A stretch of DNA of 64,000 bases from positions 84,878,001 through 84,942,000 of the forward strand of contig OX597825.1 in NCBI GenBank assembly GCA_951406725.2, in the 5' to 3' direction. Numbering within the stretch: position 1 is the first letter of the stretch; each line of letters starts with the position of its first letter. The position numbers and the translations under genes are program-made. This document shows, piece by piece, positions 14,896-29,134 of this stretch. Under the pieces are notes generated by a model. The model made no database searches, had not been told where the DNA came from, and worked only from the letters and a program-made list of their open reading frames with translations. The stretch is from Octopus vulgaris (Eukaryota).

Positions 14896-17800
14896 TATTC
14901 ATTCTTGAAGAAAATGCGACATTTGCTTGGATTTGAACTTGTGGTCAGTATAATTGCAGATCATTGCATTATTCATAATGGCCGCTCGGGAATTTCGTTT
15001 TATATATTGGGTTGTCACATGAATTCGTTCGCTTTTACTCTCTTTTTTTTCAAACATTATTAATCCTTTTAAATGTTATTTGTTACGAGAAATATTTCTA
15101 CGGAACTGTTTTAAGGGACCTTTTTGTGGCCGTGTCCTGTCTCAGGAACTTTACTTTTATCGTCTCTGAAATTTGAATGAATTTTATCTTTTTTCGAACA
15201 TGACTATGACGTGCCAAGAAGAAAACAAGTGAATGAGTTTATTTTAAAATCGAATATTTTCTTAAAATACAAATGAATTACTCTTCTCCAATATCCATTG
15301 TAACTGGAAGTAACACTCTAACATAGATCCCTATATGTATATTGATTGCTGTGAAATGATTAAAGGAGATTTAGGCCTTTACACAAATGAATATAGATAT
15401 AATTTCAACAGAGGAGGTTAAATAATGCATGTAGTCGTCATTTTATTTTTTTTTAAAACAGTTACAGATGTCACATATTTTATTTCGTTGTAAGATTCTG
15501 TTTTTGTAGAAAAAAATGTTTTCAATTCCTTTAAGCAATTCATCTAGAATGTATTGAAGATTTATTTTAGCTCACCAAAACAAAATTTTCACAAAAAATT
15601 CAGACAAAATAGAACAAAATACGCCAAGTGAAAATATATCAGAAAACACTTTAGAAGCAACAATAAAAAATAGCCAGGCTGTATCGCAGTAAATCTATGG
15701 AAAAGAAACAATTGATTAGTTGATAAATTATGTTGGCAATTGGAAATTTATTAGAAATCAAGGCACAGATATATTGATTTGTTATTGATTAGATCGATAA
15801 CATTCTTCTTAATAAATACTTACAGCAATCACTGTCAAGTAACAATCTAATATATATTTTGAAATATTTAAACATATACACACATATATACAAGAGCATT
15901 TTCACACACAGACTCTCCATACACATACATATAGTATGTCCAAGAGTGTGAGAGAAATGAATATTCCCGTCGTTTTTATTCTCACTGTTATGTGGGATCA
16001 CAGTATATAAATATATTCGTTAGCACTTTGGGCAGAATCCTTAGCGGTATTTCGTTAGTCCTTATGTTCTGAGTTCAAATCCCGGTGAGACCAACTTTGC
16101 GGTTTGTCCTTTCGGGAACGATAAAATAAGTACCAGTTTTGCACTGGGTTCGATATCAGTTTTTCGCTTTGTGACACAATTTGAAACCAATATAGGAATG
16201 CACCCACAACCTAATCCAGAATATAAAACAATTAATAATTCGATACACAGAAATAATTGCTGAGACCTGCCTCCGCTCAATACCACACTATTGCCCTACA
16301 AGTTAACGAGTGAGCCTCTATCATGTTGCTTGACCTACTAAGTTTAGAAGTCGCATCACATTGAAACCAAACTCTACCACCTGAGAAGTAGACACATTGA
16401 ATTATGCGATTCTTTGTATCTAAAAAAAAAATACTGCGTGAATGTCACGGATGATAATTGACCAAGATTTGTGCCAAATATCTGAACAACTTCATTATTC
16501 CGATGATAGCATATCAGTGTTTAAACATCATAACACTGAGTTGTATTATATCGAAGACAAATGCGGAAGTATGTTTGTCGTTCATGTGTTTCGTGTTGGC
16601 GTTGGTTGTCCTCATGTCAGCTGCAATTTAGCAGCAGACACCCACTGCAGAGGTGAGTGTAATTTCTTCTATTCGGAATGCAAAGAATATCCAAGACTAC
16701 ATTATTAAAACAATACCATATATAATAATAATGTTCGGTGCATGTTCTCGGAAGAAAAAAACCACTATGAACAGACTCCTACTTTCACTCATCGATGCAT
16801 TTGTGAATATTGTGTTAATATATCGTCTGATTATTATAGTGTAAAGGTAAGCTTTCATTAAGTTGGATATGTGACAACGTATCAAATGCCAGTGAGAGTT
16901 GAATCACCTCATTTGCAATGCTAATGTCCTAATGAAAGATCCGAGATAAGACAGAGTCGTTTTTTCTCTCCTCTCTCTCATAATCATTTTGATGAGAGAA
17001 ATCAATATATCAATAACGATTTCCAGACGTACAGAGTATTCTGTCTGTTCTTTAGTAAGTTATTAACAATAGCAAGCTGTATATATTTCACTGTGATGTA
17101 TAACAAACCAATTGAACAACCTCACAATCACTTAATATTTGAGAGAAGAAAGGGAAAAAAATATTCTAGTCTATAAATAATAATAACAAGAACAACAACA
17201 AGAACACCAACAACGATGGTAGTAAATAAGTAAACAAATAAAAAAGCCACGTTTAAAATAAACAATGCGAAGTGAGACGTCGTAGAATTAAGTGGTTTCG
17301 TTTTTTCACAAGTTTATTATACTTATTTAATGGTATTTCCAAATGTGTATTCGTTTTCTTTTCGATAGTATGGTGTGGCAATACATTAACGGCTCTTTAT
17401 TAAATTTCTATCACCAGAAATTTAATGGAAACCAAAAACGAGAACAAAAAAAGAGCGAAAATAAAGATAAAAATAATCCTTAATTGTCAATTTTAATTCC
17501 AGGTGTTTTAACGGCAACATTTCTCACATTTATGCGTGAATGGGTAGAAAATGTGATAAATTCTATAGCAAACTCTTACGGATTGTTACTACATTATCGA
17601 TATTACTTACAGGTTGAATTCTATTCGAAGCAAATGGAAACTCCTGCCAACAAATAGGAAAGAAAATTGAGATTAATGTACACGAATTTCCTACCACTTG
17701 GTTTAGTAAACACTGGGATGTCGAAACACAACTCAATTCAATTAACTTTGAAATTTAACACAAGAAAAACGTTCGAAAATACACGAAATGTAGCGAATCG

Positions 17801-19139
17801 GTAATAAGGTTTAAAGCAGAATGGAGAGTTGAAGAAGCGATTAATCACTTTGTTGCCATGCTTTGGATGAAGGGAAAGGGGTTTCGAGTAGTATTGACGT
17901 AAACAATAATGCCAACTTGCTAACATTTTATCTAACCCAATGAATGATGACGATGATGAAAATAAGTTTTGCTGAATATCTTCCAGTTCTGATTCTATTT
18001 TTTTTTTCACCTTATGTAAACGGAATAAACTTTGAATCAACAAGACAGGGCTAAGCTATTTGATATATTCATGAAATTATGGTTTTGAATTGCTTTGCAA
18101 AACATTTATCTTTAACACTCAACACCATTAGTAGAGACCCCCCCACCTCTCTCTCTCTCACACACACAGGTGTGTTTGTGTGTAAGTTTCATTATTGAGT
18201 CTAGAAAAGCAAAATAATGAAAAAACGAAACAACTTTCACCTACAAAGTGACACCTACTAATTCTATACTTGTGCGTCGCTTATGTCGTTTTGAATATCA
18301 CGAGTCTACCAATACCAGTATCGACTCAATCCGATTAATACTCGCATCTTTAAACCAATTGATAAAACGCCGTTCAATATGGCGATCAGTATACCAAAAA
18401 CGAATTGATGCACGATGTTCTTGTATTATAAACTCTATCATAAAATATAAAAAAAGCTGGGTTAAATTTGATAATTTTGCTATTATAAATCAATTAGTTT
18501 TGGAACGTCAAGGCCATGATTTTTTTGTTGTGTTGGTCATGGTGGAAGTATGGCTATTCTCTTGAGAATGGAATCATCCAATAATTAATTTACACTTAAT
18601 TTACAATATTGATTATATTACTGAAACATATCAGATTAAAATTTACTAATTAGCCGTGAATCCCTAATTTTACAAAAGACGATTTGGGAAGTTGTACGTA
18701 GTTCCGCAAGTGAGTTTACTCTGCCGTAGAATTATCAGCGGTTATTAAGTTATATTTTAATTCAAAACACACACACATACACACACATACACACACATAT
18801 GCAAACACAGATGCATACAGGCAACCACACAAATACAAATACACGTAAAGACACATGAAGCAGTTGGTCTTGTTCATCGTCAGACGTTATGTATCTAGGA
18901 GTACATCAACCGAAAGACCAATCTATTTTAAAGTAGATTTTTTTCTACTAATTTTAGCAGAAAAGCAGAGGCGATAAGAGAAACATCGTTATTGGTGATA
19001 ACGACAGTGGTTGATATCGCTGGTTATTTCCGTTCAGAATACTCAAACACGATATGAACAAATTGTTTCTCTTGAGACGAAGCGTATGTTGGACCACATC
19101 GTCCAATAACTTTTTGCCTCTTACGTTTCACTTGTATAA

Positions 19140-19428
19140 GTCATAAAAGTGCGGCCATGCGGGAGCGCTACCTTCAAAAATTCTTAGACGCGTGAATCGA
19201 CCCCAGGAATTATTTCTCTTGTTTTCGTGGCATGTTGCTTATTCTTTTAATCTCTTTTACCCAACCGCCAATGTTACGGTAACCTAAAGACCCACACACC
19301 AGTCACCAGGCTTTGGTTGGCTCGGGGCTATAGAAGAAGATATTAGAACAAGGTGCCACGTAGTGGAACTGAAACCGGAACCATTTTCTTGGGTAGCAAA
19401 CTTCTTCCCACACAGCCACGCCTGCGCC
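19140..19428 (-). mobile_element. SINE family A copy with internal deletion
   Basis: Reverse complement head cacacagccacgcctgcgcc and tail gcggccatgc.ggagc. Confidence 0.75.
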
Positions 19429-20230
19429 GACATCCCCATCAATTTTTGAATAGAAACGTATGATTCGAAATAAAAATCCAATACAGGCGGTAAAAAAATG
19501 TGATTTTATTTATTGCTAGAGATTTCGAGGCTGGAACTTTGATGATTGAGCAGGGCCGCTTGGTAGCGCTATTGATTGTAGGAATTTGGGGGAATGGCTG
19601 CTTTCTCTAATAAGCATAGGGATAACATCGTTATCAGAATTGTCTGTTTCGTTAATAACTGGAAAGCGATAAAAATACGTGTACAAATGAGAATGCTTTT
19701 GTGTTCAATTATTTATTTATACATTAAAATAAAATTAACAGATTAATTAATCAAAATTGCTATTATCCATTTATAAACTTTTGTGTCAGGATCCCATATA
19801 ATCTTTTAAAAAAGCTCATTTATATTAATTTCGATATTGCCTTTTATCTTAATTAATTAATTATTAAATTGTTATACGGTAACATTCCATTCAATTGTAC
19901 TGGAATAACGGATAAGATGCAAAGGCATTCATGCGTTTCTCAGATGATAAATTACACGTAAGAAGTCAAATATTTTCGCACAGGAATTGCTATAATCTAT
20001 ATTGCCATGCTCAAAATAATTAATTAATTACGTAACGAATTACTTCATTAATTATATATACGCTGAATTGTTTATATTCTTTTAATTATCAGTGTTGCAT
20101 TATTATGTATTCAGATTATGTTTTTTTTATTCTTCAATGCTATAAAATCGATCGATGACAGAATCGATAAAGCATGCGATGGCATAGGATACGACATTTC
20201 ATTTTATTTCTCAATATTGTGAGTTCAAAC

Positions 20231-20450
20231 GGCAGCGAGCTGGCAGAAACGTTAGTACGCCGGGCGAAATGCTTTGCGGTATTTCGTCCGCTGCTGCGTT
20301 CTGAGTTCAAATTCTGCCGAGATCGACTTTGTCGTTCATCCTTTCGGGGTCGATAAATTAAATAACAGTTACGCACTGGGGTTGATGTAATCGACTTAAT
20401 CCCTTCCCCCAAATTTGAGGCATTGTGCTTCCAGTAGAAAGGATTATTAT
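20231..20450 (+). mobile_element. SINE family B (tail type 1)
   Basis: ggcagcgagctggcagaaacgttag...gttctgagttcaaattc (B-box-like)...catcctttcggggtcgataaa...ccccaaatttgaggcattgtg...agtagaaagg(att)n. Confidence 0.85.
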
Positions 20451-20808
20451 TGTTTTTGTTGTTGTAGATGTTATGGTGACGACCTTGCAAAATCGTGAGT
20501 ACGCCGGAAAAATGCTTAGCAGCCTTTCCTTCATCCTCAGGTTCTGCGATCTTCAAGTTTCATCCTTTCAGGATCGAGCACTGGAGTAGATGTAATCGAC
20601 TTATTCCACTCCTGGCACTTGCTGGCCTTGTGCCAAACTGTGAAATAATATTGCGAGTTCAAATCCAATCTATGCGTATTTGACCGATCATCTATCCAGT
20701 TATCAACCAAATGTCTATCTGCTGGTTATTGAGACGGACTTAATCAGCGAGAGCCTACACACAAGGATTTAAGTATTTGTTAGAAGAAAAAACAAAAAAA
20801 CAATTTTC

Positions 20809-21212
20809 GGCTGTGTGGTAAGAAGTTTGCTTCCCAATCACATGGTCTCGGTTTCAGTCCTACTCTGTGGTATTTTGGGCATGTATCTTCTGCACTAGCA
20901 TGGGGCCAGCCAATGCATGTATATGTGTATGTGTGAGTGTATGTCTGTGTGTATGTGTGTGCGTGTGTAAGCGTCTATGTGAGTGAGTGTGTGCATGTGG
21001 TGCGTGTCATTGTTCACAGCCACCGCTTGAGAACCGGTGTTCATGTGTTTACGTCCTCGTAAACTAGCAGTTTGGCAAATGAGTCCCGAAAGCATAAGAA
21101 CGAGGCTTTAAAGCAAAAAATTACTGAGATCAATTCATTCGACTAAGACCCTTTGAAGGCGGTGCCCCAGAATGGTCGAGGTCTAATGACTGAAATAATC
21201 GAAAGATAAAAG
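20809..21212 (+). mobile_element. SINE family A copy
   Basis: ggctgtgtggtaagaagtttgcttccc...caccgcttgagaaccggtg...ggcggtgccccag...aatgactgaaa. Confidence 0.8.
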
Positions 21213-22194
21213 ACCCCATAGGTTTTTTTTTTATATACAGTCTTGTAATGTTAGTCTTCTTGCTATCGGAGTTAAGGCATTGATATATTTGTTGTTGTTG
21301 TTGTTGTGTTTAGTATCGGCGGTTGAAAGAGACTATGATATCAATAACACTAGAAATGGTAACTGAACAGAAATCAATGATTGGAATCTGTGATCCACTT
21401 TCAAAATGGGACTCGAATAGGTTTTAATGAAATCCTGTTTCACTTTATTCGACCTCAATTTTCGGCATATTCAGTTAATAATCCTTTTAAAACGATTACA
21501 ACTTTCAAAGTCAAACTGGTTTTTAAGGAGCTTGTACGCGGCCCTTTCACATGCTTCTTGAAATTATAACACTACAGAGTTATAAACAGGAAGGATATAT
21601 TCAAACTATAGTCTGTTTCTAAGAGGAAGGATGGTCACGATTGGAATACGATAGGTTTACTGATCCAGGAATTGTCTACACCTAAAGAACAACAACTCTT
21701 TTTAAATGTGCGAGTTCGTTATAAAGCTGAAACATTAATCTTCGTGATACAGTTTCTTATTTTTGTTATTCTCGAATCCCAGCTCTGAGATATAATACCT
21801 TATCAACGGAATAATTTATACGATTTTTAATAAAATCCCATTTTTGGCGTTGAACTATTCAGTATTTAAATGTTACTGCAGTTGTTGTATTTGCGCCTTG
21901 CCTTGGATAACGTATCCATTGATACAACTCAACGGGCTGTAGTAATGGCAAGGCAATTAACAATAGTAATTAGATTTCATATGTTATCTTTACGCTTGAA
22001 AGTACAATTAGTGGTCGTGGCTAGAAGCAGTATGGAATCGAAATGAATCACCGTCATCTCTGAATATACACAAATGCAGTTTCCATTTAAATTTCAGGCA
22101 AGCTCGCTTCAATTACGTCATTCGACGAATTACAGCGTGCAGCGGGAAAACGTTCAACATTTTACACAGTCGTTGGTGTAGTATAACAAAATGA

Positions 22195-22595
22195 GGCGCA
22201 GGCGTGGCTGTGTGGTAAGTTTGCTTCACAGCTACATGGTTCTGGGTTCATTCCCTCTGCGTGGCACCTTGGGCAAGTGTCTTCTTCTATAACTTCGGGC
22301 TGACCAAAGCCTTGTGAGTGGATTTGTTGAGGAAAATTAAAAGAAACTCGTAGTATATATTGTACCTGGATATTTGTGTGTGTGTGTCTTTGTGGTTGCG
22401 TTTGTCCTCTTCACTGCATGACAACCGGTGTTGGTGTGTTTAAGTCCCCGTAATATTAGCAGTTCGGGGGGGGGGAAGAGATCATTAAAATAAGTATCAG
22501 GCTGTAGAAAGACATGTCCTGGGGTCTATTCATGCCTCTAAAGCTCCTTAAAGCTGATGCCCTAGCATGACTGAAAACTATTAAAATGAAGAAAA
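22195..22595 (+). mobile_element. SINE family A copy
   Basis: ggcgcaggcgtggctgtgtggtaag...ggcaccttgggcaagtgtcttct...gacaaccggtgttggtg...tagcatgactgaaa. Confidence 0.85.
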
Positions 22596-23357
22596 GCAAC
22601 TACGGATTTAGTTGTTTTTCCTTTTAAAGTTCTTATCCTGGTCTGGTTTGAAGCTGGTCTTGTGGTTGCTGTCGAAACGTTTGTCAAATTGCAAATTGTG
22701 GGATGTATTTTGTGCCATTCAGCATTATATCATATATAATATAGTGTTCACAATCTGATAGGTCAGAAAAAAACATTGTACCTTTTCCCTTTTACTTATT
22801 TCACACATTAGACTGCGGCATTGCTGGAGCAACGTCTACGAGAACTTTTAGTCGAATGGATCGACATTAGTACTTATTTGTTTTTTAAAGCCTAGTCACT
22901 GTAATTGGGTCATCGCACACAAAAACAACTGCAGTGTTTTCCGGTCAGACACTATTCAGATATTTTGTTCATATAGACTGATCACATTCCCGCTGAGCTT
23001 AAATCTTTAGTATTTAGTCACTCGAATTATTCTCCATAGCACAGGCGTTGCATTGTATTAGATTCCTTTTGCTTATATTGTAATGACCATTATTTATGCC
23101 TTGTCTTATAGATATACATGCGTGTGTGCTTTTGTATGTATGTGTGTGTATGTATGTATGTATGTATGTATGTTTGGTTGTCCTGTTTATTAAACTGGAG
23201 AAATGAACAAAACATCTCCTGATGATGACACTCTATACATTTCATACAGTAAACATAGTTGGTGATTGAGTTGACAGAGGTATGAACCTTTCTTTCAATG
23301 GGCTATTTTTCAAGATTTGTTAAAGAAGCTATTAAATGTATCTTATATATTTATATA

Positions 23358-23417
<60 letters not shown>

Positions 23418-24226
23418 GAAAGTGAAACAGAGAGAGAATACAGATGATATACCTGAGCTATTGCAAGTTTCATGTACTAATTGTACAGTAATCTATCTAA
23501 CGAGCATGAATGTTGTATGGCTCACGATACGGCAGTTGATCAGCCTGAACGATCAAAGCTACAAAGTGAGGAAGATGGGGAACAATATGTAAACGTTTTT
23601 CAGCAAACCTTCAGGGCTGTGGGCATATTTTCGCCAAGGAATCAAGGTTTCCACTTTAATGCATTAAGGGATGAATAGTACTGATTGATTGTAAATATAT
23701 TATTAATATTCATTATTTCAAATATAACGCTAGTAAATGGCGGTGCCCCAGCATGGCCACAGCTCGTGAGCTGAAACTAGATAAAATTAAAAATAAATAA
23801 AATGTACTTTATGGGATTCGTCGAATAATGATAACGCTAAAGCACGTTCAACTGTGTGCCTAATCGGGCGAAAGTACTTTCCAGTTCCTTAAGACAAATT
23901 TGTCGTCTTGCATACATGTGGTATGAATTTCTGATGATAGTTTTAACACTATACGTCTTTCAACGGTTAAACGAACATTACTAAGATTCAATAGTGACAA
24001 TCTTCCCCCTTTGCTTCGTGTTATTTTCGTAATTTGCTCTCACCGCTTCTCGGGGAGAAGCCATGCGAATGCACACTACACGATATAAGACTGTCAGATA
24101 AACTGCATAATCTGAAGTACCACGCGTATAAATCCTCTATTCATCAAATGATATTTATCTCTGGTAGTATTGAATACTTTTTTACTGATCTTATTAGCTG
24201 AGGATCATTAAGCTATATGCGCGCGC

Positions 24227-24260
<34 letters not shown>

Positions 24261-24289
24261 GCATACATACATACATGCATACGTATACA

Positions 24290-24324
24290 GAGAGATAGAC
24301 AGACAGACACATAAACAGATAGAT

Positions 24325-24422
<98 letters not shown>

Positions 24423-24524
24423 ATAGATATATAGACAGTTACATATACAGATAGATAGATAGTTGGATATATAGATATATATATATGTATAGATAGATGG
24501 ATAAATAGATAGATAGCTAGATAA

Positions 24525-24565
<41 letters not shown>

Positions 24566-24642
24566 CAGATAGATAGATAGAAAGATGGATGGATAAATAG
24601 AGAGAAAGATAGATAGATATATAGACAGCACATATACAGATT

Positions 24643-24719
<77 letters not shown>

Positions 24720-24720
24720 A
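24290..24720. repeat. (AGAT)n microsatellite
   Basis: Direct inspection. Confidence 0.95.
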
Positions 24721-25627
24721 CAAACAGTTCTGAGAAATATACTGTAGGTTAGCTCAAATAACTTTGTGAGACATTTTAACTTATCAATTTCACTGCAGTT
24801 TACTGTGGAGAAAAAAACTTACTAATAGGAAAAGGTAATAATACAGCATTATGAGATCTGGGGCCTCCTCTCTGGAGCCCCTGATGTATTTCTGGCTCTT
24901 TATACTGTTCTATATGAGTGTGTGTGTGTGCATAAATGTATAAGATACTGTAATCATACATAATATTCACGATTGCTTTAATTTACATCACATTATGTCT
25001 CATACATCTTTCGCTGAATGCTATCAAATACGTAATATTATATCGTACGTTTCAATCGCTTTATTTTAGAATAGAGAATTCATTTAATTTTGCAGTTTAA
25101 AAAAGAAAAATTAACTGAGACAAGCAATGAAATATTCTAATGGACAAAAACAAACACGTCTCGATTCTACTGAAGTCTTACCAACTGTTCAAATAAAACA
25201 GAATATTTCCGTGGTTTTGTGTTTCAAAATTTCATTTATTAAAACCCGCCACTTAGAAACTAAGTGCAAAAACTCAGATGAATATTTTAAATCTTTGTCT
25301 TTCTTCTATCAAATTCAATATTCATATTTTTTTCCTTCTTTCTCTCTTCTGTATATATATACTGTTTATTTATGCATCGCTCTTTCGTCATCTGACTTCA
25401 AATTGGCGCTATTTGATAAATGAAAATTATGGTAGATTAAAAGCGCTGCTAATGTTACGGAAACATATTGTCTAGTTCTTGTTTCCTCTCACAATAACAC
25501 TTTCCGTTGAGTAACGAAGGTAATGATGGGAAGGGTGTTAAGGTATTGAGATGCATTCAAATATGAGGACATACATACACACACACACAGCACATACTCA
25601 CGTATACACACAACACATATCTATCTA

Positions 25628-26135
25628 GAGGGCGCGCAAAGGTATTTGAGGACATACTGTATTTTGGGTCATTGTTGCATGTTTTGCTAACTGTATAATC
25701 TTTGTTTCAGAAGATAATAATGGCAGACACTCAGCTTACTCAAGAAATGAAGAGACATGCTGTTATTTTGGTTGTAAAGGCTGAGCATAGCGATTTAGAA
25801 ATATCTCGACAGTTCAAATATGCTAGATCTTTCGTGTACAAAGTTTGTAAGAGCTAGAGACTGAAGATGGAAATGTATCACCAGTATCAAAGCATAAAAG
25901 CATTCTAAACGCTCTGAAATTATCAGAACACCTGACTTTATCCAACAAGTTGAATCGATTACAATTCCAGAAAGTCCATGAGGTCACATGCAAGAAGGAA
26001 CAGTCAGAAATATTGTCCTCGAAGACATCAGATATAAATATTATATGATAAGAAATGGTCAATTTGTTAGAAAAAGCAAAAGGAAATCAATACACCAAAT
26101 CGAAAAGGCTAAAAAAACCAGCAGAAGAAGATTTG
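25628..26135 (+). mobile_element. Tc1/mariner (maT-like) transposase 5' fragment
   Basis: MADTQLTQEMKRHAVILVVKAEHSDLEISRQFKYARSFVYKV...RTPDFIQQV...KSMR...VRNIVLEDIRYKYYMIRNGQF, resembling the paired HTH N-terminus; frameshifted and truncated by a (TA)n(TG)n tract. Confidence 0.65.
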
Positions 26136-26139
26136 ATTT

Positions 26140-26247
<108 letters not shown>

Positions 26248-26777
26248 TATTTATGTATGTCCCCATATATATGTATGTTTGTGTGTGTGTGTGTGTGTGT
26301 GTGTCTGTCTGTTTGTCTGTCTGTCTATGTATGTATTTATGTATGTCCCCATATATGTGTATGTGTGTCTGTGTGTGTGCGTGTGTGTGTGGTTTTTTGT
26401 GTGCTTGCGGAAAGGAAAACAGAGAAGCAAGCAAAGAGGTTGTGTGTGAATAAAATTACTGATGAATCTTAATGACATTTACATTAACGGAACGGTTATT
26501 CTCTAGAATTTTATTGTAATAATTGAAGATTTGCAATTCAGATTTCTTGAGAGGAAGATATAAATCACCTTGGGAAACTCTTTCTACGAAGCCCAGGGCA
26601 GCCATGATCATGAAGATATATGGGGGAAATCATTGTAGCCGTAACCAGACATATTCAAATAGACTGCTGGAAGTGATTTGCCGAAGACGTTCCACTGGGA
26701 CAGGCTAAAGTATCGGAAGATCTACTCCTTAGCGAGAAGACCTAAAAGATATGCAGTGTTATACATAAGAATGATAA

Positions 26778-26905
26778 GCGCAGGAGTGGCTGTGTGGTAA
26801 GTAGATTGCGTGGCATCTTGGGCAAGTGTCTTCTGCTATAGCCCCGGGCCGGCCAATGCCTTGTGAGTGGATTTGGTAGACGGAAACTGAAAGAAGCCTG
26901 TCGTA

Positions 26906-26974
<69 letters not shown>

Positions 26975-27165
26975 CTGTGTTTGTCCCCCTAGCATTGCTT
27001 GACAACCGATGCTGGTATGCTTACGTCCCCGTCACTTAGCGGTTCGGCAAAAGAGACCGATAGAATAAGCACTCGGCTTAAAAAGAATAAGTCCCAGGGT
27101 CGATTTGCTGACCGCAGCCAAATGACTGAAACAAATAAAAGAGTAAAAAGAGTAAAAAAGAAAAA
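26778..27165 (+). mobile_element. tRNA-derived CORE-like SINE, family A (octopus OR-type), with internal microsatellite
   Basis: Head gcgcaggagtggctgtgtggtaag, CORE-like ggcatcttgggcaagtgtcttct, internal (TA)n(TG)n, 3' part acgtccccgtcacttagcggttcggcaaaagagaccgatagaataag...aatgactgaaacaa. Confidence 0.85.
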
Positions 27166-27199
27166 GAGTATAACTCCTAGCGCCGGAACTGAAAGCTAC

Positions 27200-27400
27200 A
27201 CCAGCCACCGAACTGAACGGCACTGTATAGTACCAAGGATCGCATCTCCTCCATCTACAATAAGGACCTAGTACTGTTACAGCTTCGGTTTCAAGGACCC
27301 ACAACTATTAAACATTCTGCCACATAACCTCAAAGATTTTCTAGATGTTGATGTTGTGGGTCTTCCCAAAGAGATTCCCTATTTCAAACAAGTTCATCGT
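27200..27400 (+). mobile_element. CR1/L2-type LINE ORF2 C-terminal fragment
   Basis: YSFGFKDPQLLNILPHNLKD resembles the 'SF..RGP.LFN.LP..L' ORF2 end motif. Confidence 0.45.
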
Positions 27401-27736
27401 ATGGAAATGATCTCTCGTTGTTCTTTTAATTTAGATTGAGAAATTTGAATTCATAATTACAATACTTTCAACCATTGATATTTAGTCTCAGCCTCAGTGA
27501 GTGTCATTTTTATTCTCATCCTACTGATTTATATTTCTGTCTTTAGCCGTTTCTTCATTCCAGAAAATGGTATGGCTTCGATAGCAGTGCATATACGGTA
27601 AAAGACAAGGTTTTGGTACGTTTACCAGAATAAAAAGCAAAAAGGAAAATAAATCATGTAAAAAGAAGAAAAGATCGCAAGTGTGTGTGTGCGTGCTTGT
27701 CTATGTGCGCCTGAGTGAGAGACAGAGAGAGAGGAA

Positions 27737-27779
<43 letters not shown>

Positions 27780-29049
27780 CGTCAGAGAGAGAGAGAGAGA
27801 GAAAGAAAGAAAGAGTGAAAGAGAGAGGGAGCCAGAAAGGCGGGAATTTTGTATGCCAAGATGTCTTGTAGATCCCATTATTCTCCTATATTTTACTGTC
27901 ATGAACTGGAAAATATATTGAACTGGGAGAAACTTACCGGCGAGCGAAACTTTGCCAAAATTATTCGGTCGCTGATTTCTGTCAGATTGTTGTATCACAT
28001 ATTGATATTGTATAATGAAATAATGATGCCTATATAAACATCGTTTATTATATCGCAAGCCTTCTGGATGGGCCTGTCATCAGGTTTGAACATAGAATTG
28101 TTTTATGTTGTCAGAAAAATTATATATTTGCACAATACAGCTTAGAGCTCTCCCCATTTGATGTAAATATAATATTACAGCCAACATATTAGAAGTGTAC
28201 GAAAATCTTAAGAGATATATTCTTATGTCAGGACATAATTTCTTTCGCAGCACCTTTGCTTTGATGATCAAAGTTTGGGGCATGACAGTTGGAGTTTAAT
28301 AGTTTTCCTCATGGAAAGTATATATCACCTGAAGTAAGGAATGTGTGTAGAACCAGAAGATGCATCCATATTAGCCATAGACAAAATAAGAATACCCTTT
28401 TCGACAAGAACCAAATGCATTCTCATTTAAATGGACGTGGATGTCATCATAACACCAAGGAACAGACTGCATCACATCTAACCATAAGCTATTTAGTTTG
28501 AATTTATTTTATCGACGGGGAGCTAGAAACTAGGATACTCCTGAAGGTATTTTAGACAAGCTATCTCATGAACGTATTTTAATCTAAAATAAGAAATGTT
28601 TTTTTAATTCTTAAACTTTCGACTCAAAATATTAGATGACACTCCAAAGTACGATATTCTCAAGAGGTTGGTAATACATTTAACTCAAAGAGCCAATACA
28701 ACGAAACATTGAATAATTTAATTTAGAAAGATATTAAATGATTATACAGTAACTTAGTATAGAAGTCCATATAATGAGAGAAGAATTATGAAATATACTT
28801 AACCGATAATAAAATTCGGAAACAAAAATCTGTTCAGAATTCTTAACTGATCCACAAAACATCAACTGGAATTTAAGGATTCTAACGTGTTAATACAAAC
28901 GTTGAGGACTTATTTACTTGCAACAACGTTCTCAAGCACAGTTGCTGTCTCCCGCAAAGCGTACAACGCACCATTATTGCCACTACCTGCCTGATAATGA
29001 GACAAGGAAAGTTTTTTTTTCATTCGTGGAGTAATGATGTATCTATCTG

Positions 29050-29102
<53 letters not shown>

Positions 29103-29134
29103 ATATCTATCTATCTATCTATTTATCTATATAT

